A stretch of DNA of 20,000 nt from Chiloscyllium plagiosum. Lineage: Eukaryota. The stretch spans positions 21,123,724 through 21,143,723 of the forward strand of contig NC_057749.1 in NCBI RefSeq assembly GCF_004010195.1, given 5' to 3'. The notes beneath the pieces were generated by a model that saw only the letters and a program-made list of their open reading frames with translations, was not told where the DNA came from and ran no database searches. The stretch's first letter is position 1. Each line of letters opens with the position of its first letter. This document shows positions 1 to 9,682 of this stretch, piece after piece. Both the position numbers and the translations under genes were made by a program.

Positions 1-624
1 TGGACTGACCATATCAATACACTGGCTACAACAGGTCAGAGGCTAGGAATACAGCAGCAACTAACTCATCTCCTAACTCTCCAAAGCCTCATCTACAAGG
101 TACAAGTCAGGAGTGTGATAGAATACTCTCCACTTGCCAAGATGGGGGCAGCTCCAACAACACTCAAGAAACTCGACACCATCCAGGACAAAGCAACCCA
201 CTTGATTGGCACCACATCCACAAATATCATTCCCTCCACCACCGGCGCTCAGTAGCAACAGTGTGTACTATCTACAGGATGCATCGCAGAAGTTCCCCAA
301 AGATCCTCAGACAGAGCTTTCCAAACCCATGACCACTTCCATCTGGAAAGTCAAGGGCAGCTGATATATGGGAGAACCACTACCTTCAAGTTTCCCTCCA
401 AGCCACTCACCATCCTGACTTGGAAATATATCGCCGTTCTTGCACCGTTACTAAGCCAAAATTCTGGAATTCCTTCCCAAAGGGCATTGTGGATCAACCT
501 ACATCACATGAACTGTAGCAGTACAAGACAGCAATTCACCCCCACCTTCTCAAGGGGCAACTAGAGACGGGCAATAATTGCTGGCCCAGCCCGCGATGCC
601 CATCTCTCACGAGTGAATTAAAAC
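1..624 (+). mobile_element. 3' end of a CR1/L2-group non-LTR retrotransposon (decayed ORF2 C-terminus plus 3' tail)
   Basis: Frame 1 reads WTDHINTLATTGQRLG...LIYKVQVRSVIEYSPLA...LKKLDTIQDKATHLIG, a post-RT LINE C-terminal pattern. It ends in GGGCAATAATTGCTGGCCCAGCC...GATGCCCATCTCTCACGAGTGAATTAAAA, a tail also seen at 9490-9545 (minus) and 18255-18312. Confidence 0.8.
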
Positions 625-1333
625 ACTTGCTAACCCTCGAGTAGTGCACCTCATAGTTTCGTCACTGATAAGTGACAGCACTGTTAACACCAGATAAAGT
701 AGTTATTTAAAGCCTTCTCATCTCCCCATTCACTCGTCAGAGCAACCAACCCCAGATGGTGTAAGATTTAAAGTCTGCTATGCAAATTCTCACAAACCCG
801 TATTTTCGATATTCAGATAAACGCAATGTTTCTACGAAACCATTCTGAACGAGCATTTCCGGGATGGGAAAGAATGACACAATGGAGATAATTCAAATAC
901 TGAAAGCAGAGAATCGAGTTTTTTTTAAAAATCAACGCAACAGCCTTGCCATAGTGAAAGTGAAACTTGATAAAATATGATTTGAATCCATTTCTTACAC
1001 CAGCAACCAAATTAGACAAGAGGTCGAGGTTCGTGTGTCACTAGGGACCGAAGCAGGTCCATTCTGTAGTAAAGATGGAGGCACTTTAATAAACCCCATG
1101 AGCATCCTGGATATAAAACTGTCTGAGGGAACAGAGACACAGCTGCAATGAACAGTGGGCTTTTCTCACACTGAAAGCCTAGAGTGGAGATACTGGTTGG
1201 TCCAGTATTACCACCGATGAATTTGCAAAACTTCTGTGAGGAAGACATTCTTAAACCATAAAACCTAGAAGCAGCAGTAGGCCATTCAGCCCACTGGGTC
1301 TGCCCCACCATTTGATGAGATCATAATTGACCT

Positions 1334-1656
1334 GGTCCTCTTGTGAGACAGTGCAGCGTCCCTACTCATTACATCCAGAGGGTGGCGTGTGTATGGAATG
1401 AGCTGCCAGAGGAAGTGGTGGAGGCTGGTATAATTCCACCATTTAAAAGACATCTGGATGGGTATATGAATAGGAAGGGTTTAGAGAGGACATGGGCCAA
1501 ATAAGACAGATTAATTTAGAGTATCTGGTCGGCATGGACAGGTTGGACCGAAGGGTCTGTTTCCGTGCTGGACATCTCTATCCCTGGACCAAGGCTGGGT
1601 TCAAGCCCCACCTACTCCAGAGGTGTTTGCTAACATCTCCGAACAGGTTGGTTATA
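1334..1656 (+). mobile_element. Short tRNA-derived SINE-like element, interrupted by a CR1 fragment
   Basis: A-box-like head (CTCTTGTGAGACAGTGCAGCGTCCCTAC, ~1338-1365) and B-box GGGTTCAAGCCC (~1597-1608) are separated by the CR1 piece at 1375-1580. Confidence 0.5.
1375..1580 (+). mobile_element. 5'-truncated CR1 (HER1-like) LINE 3' end
   Basis: CAGAGGGTGG..TGTATGGAATGAGCTGCCAGAGGAAGTGGTGGAGGC (WNELPEEVVEA) ... GGACCGAAGGGTCTGTTTCCGTGCTG tail, which is shared with the HE1 SINE tail. Confidence 0.85.
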
Positions 1657-1924
1657 AAGATAATTGTCAACTCTACATTCCTGCCCTCTCCCAATAACCC
1701 ACAGCTCCGTTACAGGTGAACATCTCAGCCTTGAACATACTGAATGACCCACCCCTGACAGTCTTATGGGGCGAAGAACACCACAGATTCACTCACCTGG
1801 GGGAGTGGAAGAAATTCCTCCTCATCTCCGTCTTAAACGCGCGACCCCCCCTCTTTATTCTGAGAGTCTGGCCTTTGGCTTCAAGAGAACAGGGACAGTA
1901 CGGCAGAAGGGGCAAACACGTGAC

Positions 1925-3200
1925 AGACGTAATTTAACACAGAGAGGTGTGAAGCGAGGAGGGACAATAAAAAAACGACAGGTTAAAGTTTTTAAGGGGG
2001 GGGGGGCAGTGACAGAGACACCTTGGGGGTTACACGTGCACAAATCACTGAAACCAGGAGGACGGATTGGGGAAGCCGTGATAACCGGGCTCCTGGGTTT
2101 TGTAAATCAAAGGACAGACCCTGCAACGGTCTTATGGGGGCAATTTTATAAAACACTGGTTCAGTCTCGAGTTGGTGTTTGCTGTTCCATTCAGAGCACC
2201 ACGCCTTCGGAATGATCCGAAGGCCAGGCTGGCAGCAGGGGCGAGGAATTTCTGCTCTGGATGGAGACCGGAATAATTGGTGCTGATCGCCTTAAAGAGG
2301 GTTTGGAGGGGAGCTTTTGACAGGAGGGGGATCTGGTCAGAGTCAGCTAGCAGAATCTGTTCCCTTGTTGGGAGAAACATCAATCACAGAGACCGATTCA
2401 AACTAACCAGCAAAAGGAACAACAAGAGGCACAAAGCTTTCTTGTGTTGTATAGTTCAAACTCAAATAGCTTGATCAGGAATGCACTGCTTGAGAATACA
2501 GCAGAGGCAGATCCATTGATTTGATCTGATTTATTATTGTCACATGCACCTCAGTACAGTGAAAGGTTTTGTTTTGAGGCAGGTTATACCATACAGCGTG
2601 CATCAGGATAATGGAACAGAGCGAGGAATACAATGTTACAGCTGTAGAGAAGGTGCACAGAGAGAGAGGGAGAGAGATCAACATTAGATTTTAAAATGTG
2701 ATGGGTCCATTCAGAAGTCTAATCTAAACAGCGGGGAATAAGCTGTTCTTAAATCTGTTAGTACGCGTGTTTAAGCTTTCGTATCTTCTGCCTGATGGAA
2801 GAGGGTGGGAGAGATTATAACCAGGGTGGGAGGGGTCTTTGATGATGTTGGCTGTCTTCCCAAGGCAGTGGGAGGTGTAGATGGAGCTAATGGATGCAAG
2901 ATTGGTTTGTGTGATGGACTGGGCTGTGTTCACAACCCTCTGCAGTTTTGTATGTTCCTGCACACAGCAGTTGACAAACCAAGCTGCGGTGCAACCAAAT
3001 AGGATGCTTTCTATGGTGCATCTATAAAAATTGGTAAGAGTCTTTACTGACATGCCCAATTTCCTTTGCCTCCTGAGGAAGTGATTTTGAAAAGGGATCA
3101 ACAAGGAATCAAAAGGATTTACAAAGCAATGGAGCAGCGTGATGGAGTCGATCCTGCTGAGGGATAGCTCAAAAGGTCTCCCTCTGTGCTTTAACTGTTT
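1925..3200 (+). mobile_element. Highly decayed CR1 LINE ORF2 3' region (segments ~1925-2500 and ~3085-3200), split by a Rex1-type element
   Basis: The ORF at 1766..2215 contains GLHVHKSLK...LGFVN...FYKTLV, a degenerate form of the DLGV.V..SLK...LYK.LVRP motif seen in the 5126..5518 CR1. Tail-like sequence resumes after 3085. Confidence 0.6.
2505..3082 (-). mobile_element. Rex1/Babar-clade non-LTR retrotransposon, 3' fragment
   Basis: ORF 2724..3104 reads FLRRQRKLGMSVKTLTNFYRCTIESIL.GC..AWF.NC...KLQRVVNTAQSIT...IIKDPSHPG...LPSGRRY.SL.TRTNRFKNSLFPAV, the typical Rex1 C-terminus. An AATAAATCAGATCAAA-type tail lies at ~2520-2536. Confidence 0.85.
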
Positions 3201-3500
3201 TTAGATTAGATTCCCTACAGTGTGGAAACAGGCCCTTCGGCCCAACCAGTCCACACCGACCCTTCGAAGAGTAACCCACCCAGACCCACTTCCCTCTGAC
3301 TAATGCACCTATCCCTATGGACAGTTTAGCATGGCCAATCCACCTAACCTGCACATCTTTGGACTGTGGGAGGAAACCGGAGCACCCGGTGGAAACCCAC
3401 GCAGACACGGGGAGAACGTGCAAACTCCACACAGACAGTCACCCAAGGCTAGAATCGAACCTGGGACCCTGGTGCTAACCACTGTGCCACCATGCTGCCC
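3201..3500 (-). mobile_element. HE1-type (V-SINE) tRNA-derived SINE, near full length
   Basis: Minus strand reads GGGCAGCATGGTGGCACAGTGGTTAGCAC (A box), GGTTCGATTC (B box), the V-domain GTGGAGTTTGCACGTTCTCCCCGTGTCTGCGTGGGTTTCC, a CR1-derived tail and an AATCT repeat. Confidence 0.9.
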
Positions 3501-3717
3501 CACAATGTTCGTGGTTTAAATTCTATTAAAGCAACTTGACAACAAGAAAACCGAAGCACCAGGAGGAAACCCGGGCAGACACGGGGAGAACGTGCAAACT
3601 CCACACAGACAGTCACCCAAGGCTAGAATCGAACCTGGGACCCTGGTGCTAACCACTGTGCCACCATGCTGCCCCACAATGTTCGTGGTTTAAATTCTAT
3701 TAAAGCAACTTGACAAC
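3371..3717. repeat. 174-bp tandem duplication of the SINE head plus 43 bp of flank
   Basis: 3401-3543 is identical to 3575-3717 (143 bp). The preceding ~30 bp of each copy are similar but diverged. Confidence 0.9.
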
Positions 3718-3811
3718 TGAAAAAGAGGAAAAAAGGACGTTCTATTTAATACACAGAATACAACAGCACTATGGAGCGCCAGTCCTGTTAACTGTTCCCT
3801 CTAACTGCCAT

Positions 3812-4965
3812 AACAGAAATATGCCTTTATATAGCACCTTTGACTTAGCAAAACGTTCCAAGGCATTTTTATAGAAGTTTTACCAAACCAAAATTTGACA
3901 CCAAATCAACAAAGGAGACAAAAAGAGGTGACTTTAATCCCAAGCAACCTTCCAAATTTTTCAATGACACCAAATGCCGATTGTTTCACCATCAGACTGA
4001 GGACAGGAGGAGGACCTGAAACGGTCAGGTCCAATTCTCCCTCGATACAAGACCAATCCCTAATGGGTTGAACAAAGATGATGTCGATAAATAGCAACCA
4101 GCATTTCAGCGGCGATATTCCACAACACAGGGGCAAAAATCCTGGTCCAAGAAGTAGGTTTTGTTTTTTTGTTTGGGGGAGGGGGAGGGGGTGGGGGAGG
4201 CAGTGTTGAAATAAGAAATGGACAGAGAGGTTTGAGAGGAAATTTCCTTCTTTAGTGCCTGGACAGCCACAGAGTGTGGAGGTTGTAAGTTAGCTTGCTG
4301 AGCTGGAAGGTTTGTTTTCAGACGTTTCATCCCCATACCAGGTAACATCATCAATGAGCCTCCGGATGAGGCATGAGTGGTGTAGCCCACTTTCTATTTG
4401 TGGGTGGATGGGTGATATCATTTATGGTTCAGACAGGGAGGAAACTAGCCACCAGGATACACAAACACCAACCAGCCACCAAAAGACATGATCCAATATC
4501 ACTAGTATCCTTACACACAGATGAAGAAGAACACCACTTCAACTGGGACAACATATCCTTTCTAGGACAGGCTAAACAAAGACACGCAGAGGAATTTCTA
4601 GAAACCTGGCAGTCAAACCAGAACTCCATCAGTAAACACATCAATTTGGACCTCATTTACTAACCTCTGAGATAAGGAACCAGAAATGATATCCCCCACC
4701 TTAACAGACCAAGACACATAAATAGAAAGCAGGATGGACCACCAGAGGCTCACTGATTATGTTACCTCACATGGTGATGAAATGTCTGAAAACAAACCTT
4801 CCAGCTCAGTAAGCAAACTTACAACCTGAACCTCAACCTGAGCTACAAATCTTCTCAAAACCCAAGTGTGGAGCTAGGGTGGACCTGGAAACTAGAGGTG
4901 AAAGTCGGAGGAATGTGGAAATCTCCATGGACTGTCGGGGAGGGTTACTGGGTCAGATTTGTAGG
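3812..4965 (-). mobile_element. Old L2-like LINE 3' remnant in pieces (~3812-3930, ~4140-4280, ~4865-4965)
   Basis: TTTATATAGCACCTTT...AAAACGTTCCAAGGC...AAAATTTGACACC resembles a reversed L2 3' end. TGGTCCAAGAAGTAGGTTTT and GAGAGGTTTGAGAGGAAATTTCC continue it, and a similar piece lies at 13342-13425. Confidence 0.45.
4282..4864 (+). mobile_element. Penelope-like element (Poseidon-like): 5' inverted repeat, GIY-YIG endonuclease fragment and 3' pLTR
   Basis: The ORF reads QTGRKLATRIHKH...SLVSLHTD...HHFNWDN...LGQAKQRHAEEFLETW (PLE GIY-YIG C-half). 4281-4360 is an inverted copy of ~4745-4827. The element is flanked by a 9-bp direct repeat AGTGTGGAG (4273-4281, 4865-4873). Confidence 0.85.
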
Positions 4966-4971
4966 ACATTT

Positions 4972-5888
4972 GAGGGCATTCTGGCTCAGTTTGCAGACAA
5001 TACAAAGATAGGTGGAGGGGCAGGTAGTATTGAGGAGGCGGGGAGGCTGCAGAAGGATTTGGGCAGGTTAAGAAGTGGCAGATGGAGGACAATGTGGGAA
5101 AGTGTGAGGTAGGAAGAATAGAGGCATGGACTATTTTCTAAATGGCGAGAAAATTCAGAAATCTGAAGCGCAAAGAGACTTGGGAGTTCTAGTCCAGGAT
5201 TCTCTCAAGGTAAACTTGCAGGTTGACTCAGTAGCTTGGAAGGCAAATGTATCGATGGCATTTCTTTCAAGAGGACTTGAATATAAAAGCAGAGCTGTAC
5301 CTCCGAGGCTCTATAAGGATCTGGTCAGGCCACATTTGGAGTATTGTGCGCAGTTTTGGACCCCATATCTCAGGAAGGATGAATTGGCCCCGGAGCATGT
5401 TCAGAGGAGGTTCACCAGAATGATCCCAGGAAAGAATACCTTAACATGTGAGGAATATTTGAGGATTCTGGGTTTCTACTCAATTGAGTTTAGAAGATTG
5501 AGGGGGGAATCTATTTGAAACATACAGAATACTGAATGGCCTGGACACAGTAGATGTTGGGAAGATGTTTCCATTGGTAGGAGATTCTAGGACCCGAGGG
5601 CACAGTCTTAGAGTAAAGGGGAGACCCTTTAGAATGGAGATAAGGAGAAACTTCTTCAGCCAGAGAGTGGGGAATCTATGGAATTCATTGCCACAGAAGG
5701 CTGTGGAGACCAGATCATTGAGTATATTTAAGACGGAGATAGATAGGTTCTTGAGTATCAAGGGGATCAAGGGTTATGGGGAGAAAGCGGGAGAATGGGG
5801 TTGATAACCTTATTAGCCATGATTGAATGGCAGAGCAAACTTGATGGACTGAATGGCCTAATTTCTGCTCCTATGTCTTATGGTCTAA
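4972..5888 (+). mobile_element. CR1 LINE 3' ~0.9 kb (end of RT to 3' tail), frameshifted
   Basis: Contains FADNTKIGG (FADDTK motif), QRDLGVLVQDSLKV, LYKDLVRPHLEYCAQFWTPY and RTRGHSLRV...FFSQRVGNLWNSLP. The tail is GAATGGCCTAATTTCTGCTCCTATGTCTTATGGTCT. Confidence 0.92.
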
Positions 5889-5929
5889 CATGCTGTTATC
5901 AACATTGTCTGAGATTCACTATATTAAAC

Positions 5930-6380
5930 ACAGGCACAGACATCACATTCCAGAGAATTTCTCTCAGACGGTCATTAGTCTGTGAAACTCGCTTTCCGAG
6001 ACCACAGTGGAGGCTCGGTCATTGAATCATACAATTCTTACAATGTAGAAGCAGGCCTTTCGGCCCATCGAGTCCAAACCAACCCCCTGAAGAGCACTCT
6101 GATCAAAAACCACCCTCTTACCCTATTCCTGTAATCCTGCATTTCCCATAGCTAACCCGCCTAGCCTACACATTCCTAGACATTATGGGCAATTCAGCAA
6201 GGCCAATCCGGCTAACTTGCACATCTTTGGCTGAGTCAGGCAGATTCTTGACTGACAAGGGAGTGAAATGGTGAATGGGGAGGTGGGAAAAAGGAGTTGA
6301 GGCCACATTCTGACCCGCCATGAATTTCAAGAATGACTTGCAGGAGCGAATGGCCAGCTCCTGGACCTAATGCCTCTGGG
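5930..6380 (+). mobile_element. Decayed CR1 3' end split by an HE1 SINE
   Basis: TTTCTCTCAGACGGTC...GTGGAGGCTCGGTCATTGAAT precedes 6024, and GCAGATTCTTGACTGACAAGGGAG...GAATGGCCAGCTCCTG follows 6232. Confidence 0.65.
6024..6230 (-). mobile_element. HE1-type SINE, 3' half
   Basis: GAAGCAGGCCTTTCGGCCC...GGCAATTCAGCAAGGCCAATCC..CTAACTTGCACATCTTTGG is homologous to 3210-3365. Confidence 0.8.
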
Positions 6381-6795
6381 TTGACTCTTGGATGAGGCAA
6401 GGCAAGTGGGTTTACTTGAACTTCAAAAAAACTGTAATATGGGAACAGACCATTCAGCCCAACCAGTGCGTGTTGGTTTCTGGTTTCTACACGTACAATA
6501 ACCCTAACCCCACACGCTAGCTCTGTCCCTTCAGTCCCATTTTCTTCAGCCATTCATCTAGAAACTACCTTTAAACATTGAGCCAGGGATCATGTCAATC
6601 ACACACTCCAACACTGCATTCCATTTCTGTGTTCAAAAAAGCTCTATTCTAAATCTTTTAACCTTATGTTTACTCACTGTAAATTATTTAAAGCATTGTG
6701 TTGGCTTTCCCCATCTCATTTCACCTGCAAATCAACCTGTAGTTTCTTTTCTGCTGATTAAAACTCACCCAAACTTGCTGAACCTCAGAGGTTAA

Positions 6796-6890
6796 TCATG
6801 ATTTGGAGATGCTGGTGTTGGACTGGAGTGTGCAAAGTTAAAAATCACACAACCATAACCACTATAACCTGGTGTGGTGTGATTTCTTAA
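6796..6890. mobile_element. Miniature Penelope-type terminal-repeat insertion with inverted ends
   Basis: AGTTAAAAATCACAC...GTGTGATTTCTTAACT is an inverted repeat of the same family as 13495-13655. It is flanked by a 12-bp direct repeat CTCAGAGGTTAA (6784-6795, 6891-6902). Confidence 0.7.
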
Positions 6891-7330
6891 CTCAGAGGTT
6901 AAAGGTTAGTCAGGCAGAGACCAGGTTAGTCAGAGTTATATTCGTTGGGACACATCACAGAACTCCCAACACACTGACTATTTCTTCCCATATAATACAT
7001 CCCGAGTCATATTCACACTCAAAAATGCCTGAATCAACATATAACCATTCCCCATTCCTTAGTTGCCTTTTGTCTCAGGCATTCTTGCCAGAGCTTTCAA
7101 GGTGATAAGTGTTTGCATCTCTCCTTTTATTGCATTTCCTCGTATTTGGCAGATTCCAAGAAAATTAGCAATTTAGTCTTAAAGGAACACAACATAATGA
7201 GTATTACATATTAAATAAAATGGCTTAACATATTGGTAAAAACAATGACTGCAGATGCTGGAAACCAGATTCTGGATCAGTGGTGCTGGAAGAGCACAGC
7301 AGTTCAGGCAGCATCGAGGAGCTTCAGCAA

Positions 7331-7368
7331 AATCGACGTTTCGGGCAAAAGCCCTTCATCAGGAATAA
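7331..7368 (-). ncRNA. Minimal type I hammerhead ribozyme motif (PLE-associated)
   Basis: Minus strand reads TTATTC-CTGATGA-A-GGGC-TTTT-GCCC-GAAA-CGTC-GATT: intact CUGANGA/GAAA core, 4-bp stem II and GUC site. Stem I is weak and activity is untested. Confidence 0.7.
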
Positions 7369-7437
7369 AGGCAGAGAGCCTGAACGTAGAGAGATAAGCT
7401 AGAGGAGGGTGGGAGTGGGGAGAGAGTAGCATAGAGT

Positions 7438-8730
7438 GGATTATCTTTATTGCTCTTCAAGAACAAAGGAACAATATTGGCTACGCCCCAGTCTTTTGGG
7501 AACTCACCTGTGGTTAAAGAGGACACAAAGATCTCTGTCAAGGCCCCACAAATCTCCTCCCTTGCCTCCTTCATTATTTTGGGATAGATCCAATCAGGCC
7601 CTGGGGATTTATCTATCTTAATATTTTTCAACACACTCAACACTTACTCCTTAATGTCAACAAGCCCTTATCTAAATTCATCATCACCCATGTCCTTCTC
7701 CTTGGTGAACACCGATGCAAAGGACTCATTGAGAACCTCATCCACCTCCTCTGGCTCCACACATAAATTCCCTCCTTTGTCCTTCCCTAATTACCCTTTT
7801 ACTCCTAACATACATATGAAATGCCTTGGGATTCTCCTTAATCCAATTTGCCAAAGATATTTCATGGTTCCTTCTACCCCCCTAATTTCGTTTTTTACAT
7901 TCTTTTCTGCTTCCTTTATACTCAAGTACCTGGTTTGATTTCAGTTTCCTAAACCTTACATATGCTTCCATTTTCTTTTTAACTAAACTTAGATCTCTCA
8001 GCACCCAAGATTCTCAAATCTTGCCATCTTTATCTTTCATCCTCAGAGGAACATGTAAGTCCTGAACTCTGGTCAACTGGCTTTTAAAGGATTCTGACAT
8101 GTCAGATGTGGATTTATCTTCAAACAGCTGGCCCCAATCCAATTTTTCCAGTTACTGCCTCATAATGTCATAATTAACCCGCCCCCATATTAGCACTTTC
8201 ACCCAAGAAGCAATCTTCTCTTTTTCCATAACTATCCGAGACCTAATGGAATTATGACCATTATTCCCAAAATGCTATCCCTCTGAAACTTTGATCACCT
8301 AGCCCAATATGGCTAATATGGCTCCTTCCCTGTTGGACTATCCATATGTTGTTTCAGGAATTTTTCCTGGATGCGTCTAACAAATTCTACCCCATCTACA
8401 TCCCTGGTATTAAGGGAGTCTCAGTGAATATTGGAGGAATTAAAATAAGCCACTACAACAACACTGTTGTTTTTACATTTTCTATGTCCTGTCTATATTT
8501 CTGTTCCTCTATCTCCTGCTGCCTAATGGGAAGCCAAGAATATAATTCCATAATCGTGATAGCACCTTTCTTATTCCTAACTTCTACCAATATTGTCTTG
8601 CTGGATGAACCCTGCAAGAAGTCTACTCTTGATTCTCACCTTAACTCCCTCCCCCCCCATTCCATCCCTGTCTATCCAACCTGAAACATTTAAACTGTTG
8701 AACATTGAGCTGCCAGTCCAGTCCTTCTCT
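7438..8730 (-). pseudogene. Decayed CR1 ORF2 fragment (APE endonuclease to start of RT)
   Basis: Minus-strand peptides DWQLNVQQFKCFRLDR, DGVEFVRRIQEKFLKQHMDSPTG and LKNIKIDKSPGPDWIYPKIMKEAREEI...DWGVANIVPLFLK...DNP, broken by stops and frameshifts. Confidence 0.9.
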
Positions 8731-8920
8731 TATTCTGGATTAGTGGTGCTGGAAGAGCACAGCTGGAAGAGCCTAGCTCCTTTTCCACCTATCCACTCCA
8801 CCCTCCTCTCTGACCTATCACCTTCATCTCCTCCCCCACTGACCTATTGTACTCTATGCTACTCTCTCCCCACCCCCACCCTCCCCTAGCTTATCTCTCC
8901 ACGCTTCAGGCTCTCTGCCT

Positions 8921-8958
8921 TTATTCCTGATGAAGGGCTTTTGCCCGAAACGTCGATT
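8921..8958 (+). ncRNA. Minimal type I hammerhead ribozyme motif (PLE-associated)
   Basis: TTATTC-CTGATGA-A-GGGC-TTTT-GCCC-GAAA-CGTC-GATT, identical to the copy at 7331-7368. Confidence 0.7.
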
Positions 8959-9489
8959 TGGCTTAACATATTGTCAGACTCGCCTCTGGGTTGCACCATA
9001 ACAGATTGTTTTTTTTTGAGAGAAGGACCAGGCCTACTGATCATGCACAGCATCATGAAGATATACACTGTCACCATCTTTGTTTTTGAGGGCTCTCTCT
9101 TGCCTTTCCCTGCAATCTACAATCAAAAAACTGTTCCACATACAAACAATCCACAGCTTCCTGCCACTTCCCTGGTGAGAATTCCTCTCAGTGTTTCAAC
9201 ACTGACACCCATTCCTCAAATGCCAACACATTTCAAGCCTGGCTACTTGTCAGAGGTTCCATACCACTTCCAAAAAATGAAAGGTCATATGAGTGTGAAG
9301 ACGGACTTACAAAATATTTCCTCTTTGTTTTGCATTTCAATGCTAATCTGGAACTGACTCAACAACCTCCGTGTTTTCAGTTGTTTCATGTTTTTGGCCT
9401 GTCTCCCATGAAACCAATTAAACTGCTTTTGCAGCACAGGGAATTACTCAATAGCAAAAGGGAATCAGCATTAAAAGCAACATTGTTAA

Positions 9490-9682
9490 TGGGAATGTGG
9501 GGTGCCATTGGCTGGACTAGTATTCGTTATCCGTCCATAATTGCCCCGGAAAAGACGCTGGCAAGACACCATTCTTGAACTGCTACCGTCCACGTGGAGA
9601 CACTCATGGAGCTGGTAGGAATGATGCAACAGCGATGTAGATCCAAGTCACAGTGGCATGTGACTTGGAGGGGAACTTGCAA
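9490..9682 (-). mobile_element. Decayed 3' end of the same LINE family as 1-624
   Basis: GGGAATGTGGGGTGCCATTGGCTGGACTAGTATT and CCAAGTCACAGTGGCATGTGACTTGGAGGGGAACTTG match the reverse complements of 570-610 and 385-425. Confidence 0.65.

Larger units (their letters stand above)
1255..1872 (-). mobile_element. CR1 LINE 3' end, split by nested insertions (segments ~1255-1333 and ~1660-1872)
   Basis: GCAGCAGTAGGCCATTCAGCCC...CCATTTGATGAGATCATAATTGACCTG and CTCAGCCTTGAACATACTGAATGACC...GAAGAAATTCCTCCTCATCTCCGTCTTAAA match the reverse complement of the CR1 3' region at 5620-5880. Confidence 0.75.
7236..8958 (-). mobile_element. Composite non-autonomous Penelope-type insertion: PLE repeats (7236-7437; 8732-8958) enclosing CR1 cargo
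   Basis: Perfect 15-bp direct repeat TGGCTTAACATATTG at 7221-7235 and 8959-8973. The arms 7331-7437 and ~8851-8958 are near-identical inverted copies. 8732-8763 is a direct copy of 7269-7300. Confidence 0.8.

Noticed and set aside
8941..9357. 138-aa ORF
   Set aside because: It starts at a non-ATG codon inside the PLE repeat, crosses the TSD and a T run, and has no known domain.
9311..9440. Possible minus-strand exon ending at a GTAAGT donor (9305-9310), reading ...RRLLSQFQISIEMQNKEEIF
   Set aside because: No convincing polypyrimidine acceptor and no recognisable protein. It would need RNA-seq support.
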